Part shown: piece after piece, positions 15,343 to 28,659 of the stretch
Position numbering within the stretch: the first letter of the stretch is position 1
How the letters are laid out: each line of letters starts with the position of its first letter
Source of the DNA: Eledone cirrhosa
Lineage: Eukaryota
Direction: 5' to 3'
Assembly: GCA_964016885.1 (NCBI GenBank)
Contig: OZ024745.1
Coordinates: 116,808,001 to 116,872,000 of the forward strand
DNA length: 64,000 nt
Position numbers and translations under genes: made by a program
The notes under the pieces: model-generated
The model's database searches: none
What the model was told of the DNA's origin: nothing
Seen by the model: the letters and a program-made list of their open reading frames with translations, nothing else

Positions 15343-18300
15343 CTAGCTGACGTACCCAGCTTCGCCCGGGTAAACAGATGATAAGAGATATCTGTATGCC
15401 ATTGGAGCCTCGTCCCAAATAATTAGAGACGTATTGCGTATAAGGCCCGCGAGTTCACTTTGTCCTGTAATGTTACAGACACTCAACTCATCCGGAGCCA
15501 ATGGAGCCTTGAAGCATGAGTGGAAGGTCCTTCCACCACTCAGCAGAGTGGCAGCGATCCCCCTGGTGGGCACAGGGAGAGCAATCTTCCTCTGAGCTCT
15601 GACTTCCGATAACATAGAGTTGAAACAGAATGTCTTTCCGGTGCCTCTTGGAGCATGTATGAAAGCACAAAGTTGCTCATTAGTGGAAATCGAATGGAGA
15701 ACGCCATCGCCCAATTCTCTCTGAGATTGGGTCAACATTGGTATACGTTCATCCACAATACGTTGCTGTTCCAGTGGATCAAACTGGAATAGTTCCCTCC
15801 GATCGAGTGGCAACCGTCTAAGCTGCAATCTCATGTTCAATTCTAAGACACGTTGCCGCATTTCTTCATCAAGAATTGGCAAATTGAAATCTCTTAAACA
15901 TTTGAAATGAACTTCAAGCAGTTGCTCAATATTGAGCAAAACAATAGCTTTCATCAAATTTTCATCATCGACCTGAAGATGATGCCTAAAATCATCAGCC
16001 ATAATTCCCCAAAGGCGTTCAAATAACTCTCGAAAAATCACTATGCAACAGAATTCGGAGATAAAACACATCACCAGATGCTGGATGGACATTACAAATC
16101 CGTCCAATAGTCATGAATCTCAACTTTTGTTTTCTATCATTCCATTTCTTTCCCTTCTTATCCCACGTATGGTGCGAAGGAAAATCGCAGTAGAGTTGCC
16201 TTTGATCCGGGTTCAAAGCATGTTCCCTATTATGCTTGAACCACTCAGCCAATTCCGTCTTAGGAGGTGGTGCGTTAGCAATTCTTTCGACACCTCTTCT
16301 AGTGACCTGAAAACAGACCATTTGCCTATTCTCTAAGTGAACCGTCAGTTTCTGAACGCTGGGTTTGCGTTCATTGAGATCAAAATCGAACAATCTCCAG
16401 CAAGCTCCGCTAGATCCAATCGAGCGAACATCCTGGAACCTGCCAACTTCATCACCTTGGTTCGCTTCCTCATTCCTGACATTGATCATTGCCCGATCAT
16501 GACCTTTGTAAACATATTTGAATTGATATTTGCAAGCTTTCACTGACCTACATATTTCCACATTAATATGACAACGATATTTCATAATCAAATATGGATT
16601 GTATGGCACAACCCATTGATTTGTAACCTGTCGACCGTTTACATTTTCGACCAAACCGCCATCTGCAGGCGACCGTCTTCTGTATGAGGGATGAGCATTC
16701 CCATCGTTTGGAACGCGTAAAAGTCGCGAATCGAATTATTGTGTCTATTGACACCTCCCTGTTGATGCTGATTCTAATGATCATCTAAATGAACAGACAT
16801 GTTCCATCCATTTTCACCTTTTGGGAATAAAAGAACATAATGCAATGGATCGTATGCCCTATTTGACTCATTGATAATCTTGAGACCACCATCTCTGCGA
16901 TTGAGGACGATATCTCTTGATCCAGGCTTATCGTCCATCAACACAGCAACTTCACGAAATCCTTCAGGGGCATTATATCGCCGTTCGTGTTGATTCCTTG
17001 GCACTGCGTCAGCTTTAATCAGCAATGTTTGCTGCTGAACATTCTGCAGTTCAGCCAGCAACATGAAATCCATAACATAAGGATTACACTGTCTAAGCCA
17101 TGATTGCAAATCACGGATCAAATCACTTAACCTTTGCCGTTCAAGTTCAGTTATATTTTCCGGCAACTTCATCCAACCGTTCCTGATATCCTCATCCGAT
17201 TTACTATAATCTGGATCGTTAACGTAAATTTGAGAGAATCGAGGCCTCTCTCCTGAGGTAACTTCTAAATTACCAATACAATGATACAAACGGCCTTGAA
17301 TGACTACATTCGGTTGCCATGCTCCACTCTCAAACATCTCACTAACTCTCTGCGAAGCTAAAGCTAATGAATTGTTAATTTGCCGCGAATATTTGCGCAG
17401 TAATCTACCTCGGTCTCCTTGATCACCACACATACTTAGTATTTTAAACTCTGGTGACTTGTCATCATCCGGCATTCGCAAGGGTTCTAGTTGAACTGCT
17501 CCTTTATGACAGCACCTTGTGGTCCACGTCTTTTCGTGCCTCCAAAGCAATGCTCCACAATGTGGACACTCTGCCCGTCCACCAATCTGAAAATGACATG
17601 GTTGCCATGATCCATTTTTAATAACATTCGTTCGCCTTCTAGCCTCTTTACTGGAATGAGGAACACTTTGGCGACACATTCTCTGAACTTCTGTATTGCG
17701 CTGGCGCTGTTCAGCCAGCTCCTCTTCATACATCGCAGCACCCGTTGCTGCTGAATTCTGGCCATCTGCTGATGATGCTCAGCCAGTTCGTCTTCCACCA
17801 TCGAAGCACGCCGTCGCTGCTTGGCTCCAGTGTTTCGCTGGCGTTGATCAGGCAGCTCCTCTTCATTCATGGCGGCACGTCTTCGTTTCTGAAGTTCGGC
17901 GTGCCGATGGTGCTGTTCGGCCCGTTTTTCTTCATTACTGGTTGCACGCTGTCGCCGCTGTAGTTCATTGTTTGATAAAGTCGAATTGCTTTTATTATCA
18001 GTATTCATTTCGAGCAATTGTCAAAAAATGACACAATAATAAATATAAAAGATGTCCGTCAATGTAAAAAAAGGTCCCTATTTACTCCCTTCACAACTCT
18101 GTCTATGTTAGACTGACAGACAAGCATACAGACAGATAAACTGCGTGGCGATTGTGGAACGCCGCACGTACACACACATACACGCATAGAAACGCGCACA
18201 CGCACGCAGACATACACACGCACCCGAGCACTTACACACACGCACACACTCACACATGTTGATAGGTTTTACTTTCTGTGGAACGCTGCACGCACGCACA

Positions 18301-18612
18301 CACCCATAAACATACGCGCACGTACATACACACGCACACATGTTAATAGTTATTGCTTTCCTTCCCCTCTTATTACCACACACATCACACACACACATGT
18401 CTCTACACTGACACATATACATAGCGTATCCAACACAGCGTTCACTTTACCTCTTCGTTTCTTACTCTCCCCTCTCACTCCCTCATTGGCATTATGCATA
18501 TTAATTTAAGTTTGGCGTCGTTGAGGTTGGCGGAGTCGTTCGAAACCTATGAACCAATGATAATCGGGAATTATGACACACGGAATACTGACATTGTTGA
18601 AATTAATATATG
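15343..18612 (-). mobile_element. Internally deleted Helitron with RepHel relic
   Basis: ECPHCGALLW...CC, YDPLHYVLLFPKGENGW, WVVPYNP, HINVEIC, KYVYKGHD, APRGTGKT (Walker A), IIWDEAPM; 3' hairpin TACCCGGGCGAAGCTGGGTA then CTAG|T at 15343. Confidence 0.92.
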
Positions 18613-18634
18613 TGTGTGTGTGTGTGTATGTATG

Positions 18635-18674
<40 letters not shown>

Positions 18675-18832
18675 CATGTGTGTATATGTGTATGTGTGAG
18701 TATGTATGTGTGTGTATGTATATGTATATATAATCTTTATTATATGAACAGAGAACATAAAACAGAGATGCAGCACAATTGATATGGTCTTTGATTTCAC
18801 GCTAGATATATGTATATATGTATATATATATG

Positions 18833-18898
<66 letters not shown>

Positions 18899-19144
18899 TA
18901 TATGTATGTATTTGTATATGTATGTATATGTATATGTATGTATATATGTGTTTATATGTGTGTGTACGTGTGTATATATATGTGCGTATAGGTGTGCGTA
19001 TGAATATATATATATATGTATATATATATATGTACGTATATATATATATGTGTGTGTGTGTATGCATCAGAGCGTGTGTGTGCGTGCGTGTATATGTATA
19101 TGTACGTGTATGTATATGTGTATATATGTGTATATATGTATATT

Positions 19145-19203
<59 letters not shown>

Positions 19204-19248
19204 GTCAGTGTATGTGTGTATGTGTGTATGTATGTATCTGTATATATA

Positions 19249-19332
<84 letters not shown>

Positions 19333-19378
19333 TGTACACATATATATATACAGATACATACATACACACATACACACA

Positions 19379-19412
<34 letters not shown>

Positions 19413-19620
19413 ATATATATTTGTGTATGTATATGTATGCGTATGTATGTACACACATATATATGTATATGTATATGCGTATGTATGTATGTATTTGTAT
19501 GTATTTGTATGTGTGTGTATGTACCATTAGGTATGTGTGTTGTGTGTGTGCCTGCCTATGTGTGCGTACGTGTAAGTGTGTGTACGTGTGTAAGTGGGCG
19601 CGTGTGTAAACGTGTTTGTC
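18612..19620. repeat. Compound (TA)/(TG)/(TATG) microsatellite field
   Basis: Seen directly; a similar field lies at 14830-15342. Confidence 0.95.
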
Positions 19621-20030
19621 GACACCTGGAATATATATTAAGAGAAACTTCACCATACGGGGTTCATCCCAACATTTGAATCTGTTGATGGAACCTTTTC
19701 TGCCTTTGTCACCCTCATTTTAGTCTTAAAGAATTAGCTTCTAAAGAATTTCCCTTTTCTTTAAACCAATGAACCCCACCCCATCCTGTAGACACCTGTC
19801 TTACAGGCATTGTTAGTTTAAGAGATAAACAAGGATTGGTATTCCAATTTTGAACTTGTTTACAGTATTCTGTCTGCCTTTGTTAATATTATAGCGTTAA
19901 AGAATTAGCTTTTAATGAAGCCCCTTTCTTTAAATCCTTTAACCAATGACCTACACCCATCCCTATCCCCACCCTCTCCTACCACCAGATAAAGAAAGAC
20001 ATAAATACTACCATTTACGTGGACACCCAG

Positions 20031-20077
20031 TTTTCTGATGATTTCTCACGAATGAAACAGTTCTAGTCCTGTAGAAG
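20031..20077 (+). ncRNA. Type I hammerhead ribozyme motif
   Basis: TTTT-CTGATGA-tTTCtcacGAAt-GAAA-CAGttctagtcCTG-TA|GAAG; intact core, 4-bp stem III, weak stems I and II. Confidence 0.65.
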
Positions 20078-20172
20078 GTCTTCTATAGTAAAACTTATAT
20101 ATATATATATATATTGGGTCGTCAAGTATGAAATTTGTAGAAAATAACTCTTACAAATTTCATACTTGACGG

Positions 20173-20266
<94 letters not shown>

Positions 20267-20430
20267 ATATATATATATAGGGCCGTCAAGTATGAAATTT
20301 GTAAGAGTTATTTTCTACAAATTTCATACTTGACGACCCAATATATATATATATATAAGTTTTACTATAGTAGACCTTATATATATATATATATATATTT
20401 ATATATTTATATATTTATATATTTATATAT

Positions 20431-20551
20431 ATTCTTTCTTGATGAAGGACTAGCGTCGGAAACACTAAGACCCTCTTCCTGTTATTTCATGCATTAAACT
20501 AATATATTCCTTCCATATACTGTACCGATTGTGTTGTTATTTCTGTTTCCA

Positions 20552-20640
<89 letters not shown>

Positions 20641-20677
20641 ATATATATATATATTTGTGTGTATGTGTGTGTGTGTT

Positions 20678-20721
<44 letters not shown>

Positions 20722-20842
20722 TGTAAACAGAAATAACAACACAATCGGTACAGTATATGGAAGGAATATATTAGTTTAATGCATGAAATAGCAGGAAGAG
20801 AGTCTTAGCGTTTCGGACGCTAGTCCTTCATCAAGAAAGAAT
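20431..20842. repeat. Inverted repeat (~120-bp arms) around (CA)(TA)(TG), each arm with a hammerhead-like motif
   Basis: 20431-20552 is the reverse complement of 20725-20842 with a few mismatches; motif TTGATGA-aGGACtagcGTCC-GAAA-CGC-TA|AGA. Confidence 0.8.
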
Positions 20843-21829
20843 GAGAAATTAGAAAGATTGAAGGGACAAGTGGAGCGGAATCGGAAAAATATTTTTATAG
20901 AAAAATAACAGGTCCATTCATGTTGACATCGCTTGGAAAACTGTTGACTCTGGCGTTTTGAGTGTGATATACTTATTTAGAAAAGCGGATGATGGAGTGC
21001 ATCTACCTGAAATGGAAAAAAAAGCGTTTTGTATATTGAGCTATACCTGTGAACGTGCGTATGCGTGTGGGGGGGGGGGAATATACGTCTCTACAGAGCT
21101 AAGAAGATATGTGTATGTATATGAAAGTAACAGAGTGTGTGTGCTTGTAAGTACGAAGCTGTGAGCAGAGGTATGTTAATATAAGGGAGTGTGTGTGTGT
21201 GTATACAGAGCTGTGAAGGTAAAAGTGAAGGTGTATGTGCGTATTTTGTTGGTCTGTATAAGCTGTAAGAGTATACGTTTCTGACCATAAGAGAGCCATA
21301 GGAATCTAGGGGTGAATGTACAAGCACGTGTGTGATAAGGGACGGGGTAAATGACGTGACGGGGGAAAAGGGTAGAGAAGCAAGCACGTATATGTGTAAT
21401 ATATATTTCGTTTTTTAATTAGTTTTGCAAGATTTCTTATCTGAAAACGTGTGTTGAAACAGATATTGTTATACTTTGGGAGGGACATGCTGCCAATAAA
21501 AACACAAGTACCTGTTGGTTTTCACTTGAATTTAATATAAATTTCCGGTTAGTTGCTTCAATAACCGGATGGTTGTTTAATAAACATGCCTATACTCTAC
21601 CAATGGATTGAGTACCTTTTTAACTGTGGTTACATTCGACACAACTCAGGAATCTAGATATTATATACATATATATTAAAATTATTTTTGTTTCCTTCCA
21701 ACTCCTCTCCTGGATCCCGTCCTCGCTGCCACACATGCAGCTTCCTTGCCTGCACCACCACCGTCATCCAACCTAATGGCCATCTCTTTCATGTTAGGGA
21801 TTCTTTTTGTTGCACTTCAACTAGCCTTG

Positions 21830-22010
21830 TCTATAGTCTCCCGTAGACGCTATATGGTGCCATTTACATTGGTCAGACTGGCCGACAGATTCGCCGAACA
21901 TCTGCTGGACATCCCGGTCGGCAACTCCTCGGTGGCCTGACATTTCCACTCTAATAGTCATTCCACACGTTAACTTATTGTGTTTGAGCTCGCTTCTTCC
22001 ACCGGAACCC
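21830..22010 (+). pseudogene. Penelope-like GIY-YIG fragment
   Basis: YGAIYIGQTGR / ADRFAEHLLDIPVGNSSVA*HFHSNSH across a frameshift. Confidence 0.7.
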
Positions 22011-22238
22011 TTAACATAAAAAAGAATGTTGCTACTTGAAGAGACATTTCGAGTGAGAAAATTTAAGCTTAACGTATTTATACAGATAGAAATATATTGA
22101 AGAGTCGTTTAAAGTTTAGAAGAAATGTTGCAATCTTAACACAGCACATAATAGAAATTAAGATGAAAGTGACTTCTAGTGAAACAATTTTAAGTAAAAA
22201 CTTATTGTAAAACCTCATGTAAACGCATTTTTAATTTG

Positions 22239-22306
<68 letters not shown>

Positions 22307-22746
22307 AGATCAAAAGATGGTTAAAAGAGTTCCAAGTATTTTATTATGCGCATTTCAAATGAAATGCGCATAATAAAATACTTGGAACTCTTTTAACCAT
22401 TTTTTGATCTTATACAAACTGTAGAATGCTACTTATCCGATATTTGCATTGCTTTATTGTGCTACAATAAAACTGACCTCCTACATATATATATATATAT
22501 ATGTAGGAGGTGAGTTTTATTGTAGTACAATCTCTCTCTATCACCCATCTCTCCTCCTATCTCATCCTTCCTTATTATACACCTCCTCCTCCATTCTTTA
22601 CTCTCATCTCCTCCTCTTTTTCATACTTTCCAAACCTCAATTTTTTTTTCCCCCAATATCACACATCAATCTAAAACTACTTTTCATATATTGATTTAAA
22701 ACTGCACTATTCACAAGTGTTTTTTAACCTTCATATCATGTCTCCC

Positions 22747-22817
22747 TATTTTATCTGACGAAAACGCAAATGTCATCGCATGATGATATTTGTTTTTGAA
22801 ATGCGCATAATAAAATA
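22747..22817 (+). ncRNA. Minimal type I hammerhead ribozyme
   Basis: TATTTTAT-CTGACGA-[CAAATGTCATC gcat GATGATATTTG]-GAAA-TGCGCA-TA|ATAAAATA; perfect 8-bp stem I, long stem II, palindromic stem III. Confidence 0.88.
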
Positions 22818-22845
22818 CATGGAACTCTTTTAACCATCTTTTGAT

Positions 22846-22867
<22 letters not shown>

Positions 22868-22879
<12 letters not shown>

Positions 22880-23381
22880 TAAAGCTGGCGGCCGTATGTA
22901 TGTATCTATGTATGTAACAAACTTTTGGCCAAACGGCTGGACCAAACTGCACCAAATTTTCACCATAGATGTAACTTTTTCCAAGGAAGAAAGTGAGGAA
23001 TACATTACTGGTACTTTATTATATATAATAAATATAATACGACATTCCTCTCTCTTTCTTACTCTGTCGTTTTAGATAGATACATAGCTATAACGTCACG
23101 CGCTTATAATATCTGTCTGTATGTCTGCCTCTCTGCATTGACTTCGCTTCTAACCAACTTTTAATTAATTATACATATATATAATTATATATTCATGTAC
23201 AGATATTTTTGCATACACAAACACACAATACATCGGAAAACAGAACTACAAAAACAAAATATAAACAAAAATTGTATTTATTTCGTTAACTACGCAGCGA
23301 TTTGTTTACATTTAGTTCGACATACAAAAACACAAACGACTTATCGCCTGTTTATCCAAGCGAAGCTAGGTACGTCAGCTA
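22868..23381 (+). mobile_element. Non-autonomous Helitron
   Basis: 5' (GTAT)n and AACGGCTGGACC; 3' CTTATCGCCTGTTTATCCAAGCGAAGCTAGGTACGTCAGCTA matches the 3' end of the 15343 element. Confidence 0.75.
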
Positions 23382-23649
23382 TATATATATATATATATAT
23401 GGATGCCGTAGAACACGCCAATGGTGGATTTATTGAATGAAATCGATGGAGCTGGCCTTTCTCATCTTTCCATGTAGGCGGCATACAGATTAGCACCACC
23501 AATCTCACTAAACAACACAATGCGCCCTTTGACCTTTTGACTCACGCGCGTGCAATCACATTTTAACTGAAGCCAATCACTATCAGTCATGATTGACCCC
23601 TCATAACTTCATTGGTTATTCGATTTCTATGTGTCACCCTCCCTTGAAT

Positions 23650-24030
23650 AACACATATATAAAGAGCAAACATGACCCTGTTCGAACAATCATTGTTACT
23701 GCCGATATGCCACCCAAAATGTCCCGGCCTGGCCGCAAGATCCGATTTTCCAGAAGAAAAAATGTTACTAGAGCAGCAGAGTCTGAATATGATCATGAAC
23801 GTCACCTTTAGCAGATGAGGACTCATGCAAGAGCCATTCGATCAGCCCAGTCTCAAGAGCAGCGCCAGTCTCGCCTTCAGCAACTGAGGTCCCGTGCAGA
23901 AAGCAGCCGAGCAATACAGACAGAACAAGCCAGATTTCAGCAGGTGAGTTCACAAGCTGATTGCATCCACATTGCATTACAGCATCAGTGTGCCATACAG
24001 GTCCTTGCAAAACAGAGTCCGATTTTTAAG
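23650..24030 (+). pseudogene. Helitron-type N-terminal (STPR-like, R/E/Q-rich) coding relic with upstream TATA-like box
   Basis: TATATAAAG at ~23656; MPPKMSRPGRKIRFSRR...ESEYDHERHL*QMR...QSQEQRQSRLQQLR. Confidence 0.5.
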
Positions 24031-24791
24031 ATGGCATAAGTAGAACAATTCTGAGCAACTTTGTTACAGTGCTGTCATCAATATTTGTTTGCCTACAGTA
24101 ATCAGTAAGAATTTTGGTATCAGTGACTGAAAAATCGAAATATTCTGGGAACAAATTATTTTTGTCCTCGAAAACAAGCGCTATTACGTAACGACGATGA
24201 TCTTCTTGGATTTTAAAGTTACTTTCGACTTTCTTTTCTTAAAATTACGTGTATTCGCGCGCTTATGCGTGATAACTGAAGAAAATTTCAAGAAATTTCA
24301 AAACTTAAATAGCTTTTCAAAAAAAGTTGTTTATTTCCACATAGATATTAATCTATATAGATATGTATATACTTACAACCTGTTGTAATGTAATAAGATA
24401 AAATCTATTTATAACCATAATTCTCCATATAATCTAATTGATTATATATACAATATTATAACTCATAATGTAGCTAAATAAATTTTAAATACTGGAATCA
24501 TATTCCACCATTCCCGTAAATTGTTAATTCCTTTTAAATTAACGTAAATACAAGCTCTTCTATCTTTCTTTCTTCTTCCTACTTATACATACATATATCC
24601 TAATTATTTAAATTCTGCATAGCGTCTAAAAATAACGTTTTTTCAGCCCTATACTTCAACCTCATTTGCATACTCATCTTAATAATTTGAAATATCTGAC
24701 TTTTCTTCTCTTTTCCTTCACTCTCCAAGAAAAACTTGAACCGTTAAGGTATTTTTTCTTGGTTATATCAAAATTTATAAAACAAACTTTG

Positions 24792-24848
24792 TATTTTATC
24801 TGATGAGAGCGTACCAAAGTTTTGGTACCCTTTAAATAGAATAAATAT
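24792..24848 (+). ncRNA. Degenerate hammerhead motif
   Basis: TATTTTAT-CTGATGA-[GTACCAAA g TTTTGGTAC]-TAAA...ATAAATA; GAAA is mutated. Confidence 0.45.
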
Positions 24849-24874
24849 GGTTTTATAAATATAGTTTCAATTTA

Positions 24875-25062
24875 TTTAATTGTCTCTACTTTAGGCACAA
24901 GGCCAGCAATTACCCAGTGCATTACTGGTACTTTATTTTATCGACCCCGTAAGGATGAAAGGCAAAGTCAACCTCGGCGGGATTTGAACTCAGATCGTAA
25001 AGGGACGTAACTATGCTGGAAAGCATGGCGTCCGACCCTCTACTGATACTGCCAATCCACCA
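24875..25062 (-). mobile_element. OR-type SINE
   Basis: Near-identical to 6108-6300. Confidence 0.85.
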
Positions 25063-25468
25063 ATATCATTGAATATTATACTCCAGAAAATCTGTCGAGT
25101 GCTCTGAATCAGTTATAAACATTTATATTTGTTGAATTACCAACAAATTGAATATCCCTTTTGTTATACATATATATATATAAAATATGTAGTTTAGAAA
25201 GCCACAACAATGCAGATGGGAAATCTCGAGGTAGGAAGTGAGTGAGAAATAGGAGAAAAGTGAAAATTGAGAGAAACGAAAAAGGAAAACAAAACAAAGG
25301 TAGAAGGGTTACCGTAGTGGAGATTTAATCCCAATATTTTCTCCTATTTCTCCTATTTCTCCTATTTCTCACTCACTTCCTACCTCGAGATTTCCCATCT
25401 GCATTGTTGTGGCTTTCTAAACTACATATTTTACATATTTCACAATGCTTCAAGCAAACTTTAACACC

Positions 25469-25517
<49 letters not shown>

Positions 25518-26446
25518 ACATATAGAGAGAAGTACACATAGAGATGTGTGTTCAATCATAAGGGATTAAAAACCACCAGAGAGACGAACATATTACCTAC
25601 GGAAGGAATGATGAATATAAATCAATAAAAAGAATATATTAAAGTATACTAACCATTCGATTATAACAATAACACCTTGACATACTCAAATAAGTGTATG
25701 TTTCGTTATAAGTGAAGAATCCATCTAAAGTTGAATGGTTCTGAGCTGCTATTTTCAGCGGTCTGTTGGTCTATTCACACCACCATGGGCGATAAAACGC
25801 ACATGCCTTTCCTCTATATCATGCGTGTTTTCCTAGTTATTTGATATATTTTTATAAAAGTGTTGATCATATTGCTAGGCGCCCGACGATGAGCTACACC
25901 TACAATATCGATTCTTCACGTATTATAACAAAATATACTCTTATTTGAGCATGTCCGGGTGTTATAATCGAATGGGGTACTAGCGCCCACTTTGAGAATC
26001 GACGGTCTAGAATATAAGTGCACGATAATAAATTCTACTTTGAAATTAAAGGAAAGGTTGTAGTAACGTTCAGAAAGCAAACAGAGCTGCCTTTTAAGAA
26101 AGATCTTAAATATGAGAGAGATTCGGCAGATATTTCTTGCAGAAATTCTCTAGTTTGTTTTTGTTGGAATTCATTTTAATCAAAGGTGTTTTTGTTAGAA
26201 TATCTAAAGAATATGTATTTGATAATTAGTATTGTCAAAATGATTTGTAATGCTTTCTTTCTTAAATAAACATACAAAAATATTTAATTTTTTAAAATAA
26301 TTTGCATTATTTTAACTACAAGACTGAGTTGTTAGACTGTTCGAAGAGTTAAGTTACGTCTTTTACATCCAAAAGTTTGATTTATTTTACATAAACAGAT
26401 TTTTAATTCTCTGTTGAATGGTTTGGCTCATTTCACTTTAAGAAAT

Positions 26447-27030
26447 AATAATAATTGTTTCTATTTTGGGCACAAGGCGAGCAATTAACCTCAGTGTATT
26501 ACTGGTGTTTCATTTTATCGACCCCGTAAGAATGAAAGACAAAGTTAACCTCGCCGGGATTCGAACTCAGATCATAAAGGGCCGTAACTCTATGCTGCAA
26601 AGCATGGCGTCCGACCCTCTACCGATACTGCCAATCCACCACCCACTTTAAGAAATAATTGTTTCTACTTTTGGCACAAGGCCAGCAATTATCCCAGTGT
26701 ATTACTGGTACTTTATTTGATCGACCCCGTAAGGATGAAAGGCAAAGTTAACCTCAGCGGGATTTGAACTCAGTCCGTAACTGTGCTGCAAAGCATGGCG
26801 TCCGACCCTCTACCGATACTGCCAATCCACCATAATAATAATTGTTTCTATTTTGGGCACAAGGCGAGCAATTACCCCAGTGTATTACTGGTGCTTCATT
26901 TTATCGAACCCGTAAGAATGAAAGGCAAAGTTAACCTCAACGAGATTTGAACTCATATTATAAAGGGACGTAACTCTATGCTGCAAATCAGGGTGTCCGA
27001 CGCTCTACCGATACTGCCAAGCCAGTAATA
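26447..27030 (-). mobile_element. Three head-to-tail OR-type SINE copies
   Basis: Units start at ~26447, ~26655 and ~26833, each (ATA)nATTGTTTCTA...GGCACAAGG. Confidence 0.9.
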
Positions 27031-27988
27031 ATAATAAATAAATAAAGGAAATAAAAATAGTCCCGTTAAGACAGTCGGTGTGTCGAGTTATGTCTAGTTA
27101 CGCTCGAAGGTGGAACTGGTACAGAAGTCGGTCGTACCTACAATATATTACCTAAACAAGCTGACGGAAGTGCAGCATAAAGATGTTTTCTACAGTTGTC
27201 AAATAAGTACATACTTTTGCTACATATATTATGAAGCTCTACATATTTCAACTATCAACACTTTACTTTGTTAGCAATATATAACCAAAATTCCATATAT
27301 GTACTTATGTATTTCTATTAAATAATGTTGATGATATATAATATAATCTTACGAAGGAAAATATTTAAGGAAATGTCAGATTCACCTGCTTTGTTTTGAT
27401 AAATGAGAAATAACATTTTGGAATCATGCCAGACATGTTTTTATTTTTTTTTTAAACATGCGATTGTTTGAATTCTAATATAGAATTCTATGAAATGAAG
27501 CTGAACAAACAATTCTAATTAAGTATGTTAATGAAATACTGTTATCGCCACAATCACTAAAACAAAAACATCATTTACAGAACTTTCCTATTCACAAAGA
27601 TGTTTTGTAAAATATTCGCATGATTTATTTCTTTGCCTTAGCCATTTTCAACTAAAAATGTGTTAACATAAGAAGTTGACAAGCTATATTGTATATTTGA
27701 GTTTTTTGGTTGTGATGTCTATATCTAAAATATTTACAAAGTTTCTTGTAAAAAGAAATTTATGTCTAATAATTCGTGTTGAGATTTATAGGCATTCTCA
27801 TATTTGTATTCCGTTTATATTTATTTACATGTTTTTAATGGTTTGAAATGAAAGGGCTATGTCAACAGGCCGTTCGGATGCTTCTAGACGAATGTTGTAT
27901 AGAGTTGTTCATGTTCAATTTATTTCAATTGTTTAACTTCCGTATTAGAGCAAAAGAAATGAGAAATGACAGTTGAAGACTGACGCAG

Positions 27989-28150
27989 GATAAAGGTTTG
28001 GATAAGGTGTTGTGATGGGAGAGAGGGTTATACAAGGAATATAAAGGTTTGGATAAGGTGTTGTGATGGGAGAGAGGGTTATACAATGAAGATAAAGGTT
28101 TGGATAAGGTGTTGTGATCGGCGAGGGGTTTATACAATGAAGATTATGAA
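27989..28150. repeat. 51-bp tandem repeat, 3 copies
   Basis: ATAAAGGTTTGGATAAGGTGTTGTGAT... repeated three times. Confidence 0.9.
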
Positions 28151-28427
28151 AATAAAAATGAAGGAGTATTAAATAGGTTTCAAGAAAAAAATAGGACAGG
28201 TGAGAAAGTATGACCATCACTAAAAAAAATCAAAGAGATCATATAAAAGAAAAGCTAAAGCCATAGGACACAAACCAACAACAACAACAACAAAACTACC
28301 ATAGCACTATCGTCATCGTCATCACCATCACTACCACCACAGAAACCAGCACCATCAACAACAACAACAACCCTACCATAGCCCTATCGTCATCGTCGTC
28401 ACCATCACTACCACCACAGAAACCAGC

Positions 28428-28459
<32 letters not shown>

Positions 28460-28659
28460 GCCCACCATAGCCCTATCGTCATCGTCATCATCATCATCAT
28501 CACCACCACAGAAACCAACAACATCGCAAACTCAATCCACCCAGCACCCACAACATCAGCAACAACAACAAAAGCGAACCTAACAAAGTGCTGTAACTCT
28601 CATAAGTTACACGACAATAAAGATTAACATCGGGAAACTCCTTCAGCAGATGGAAGCCA

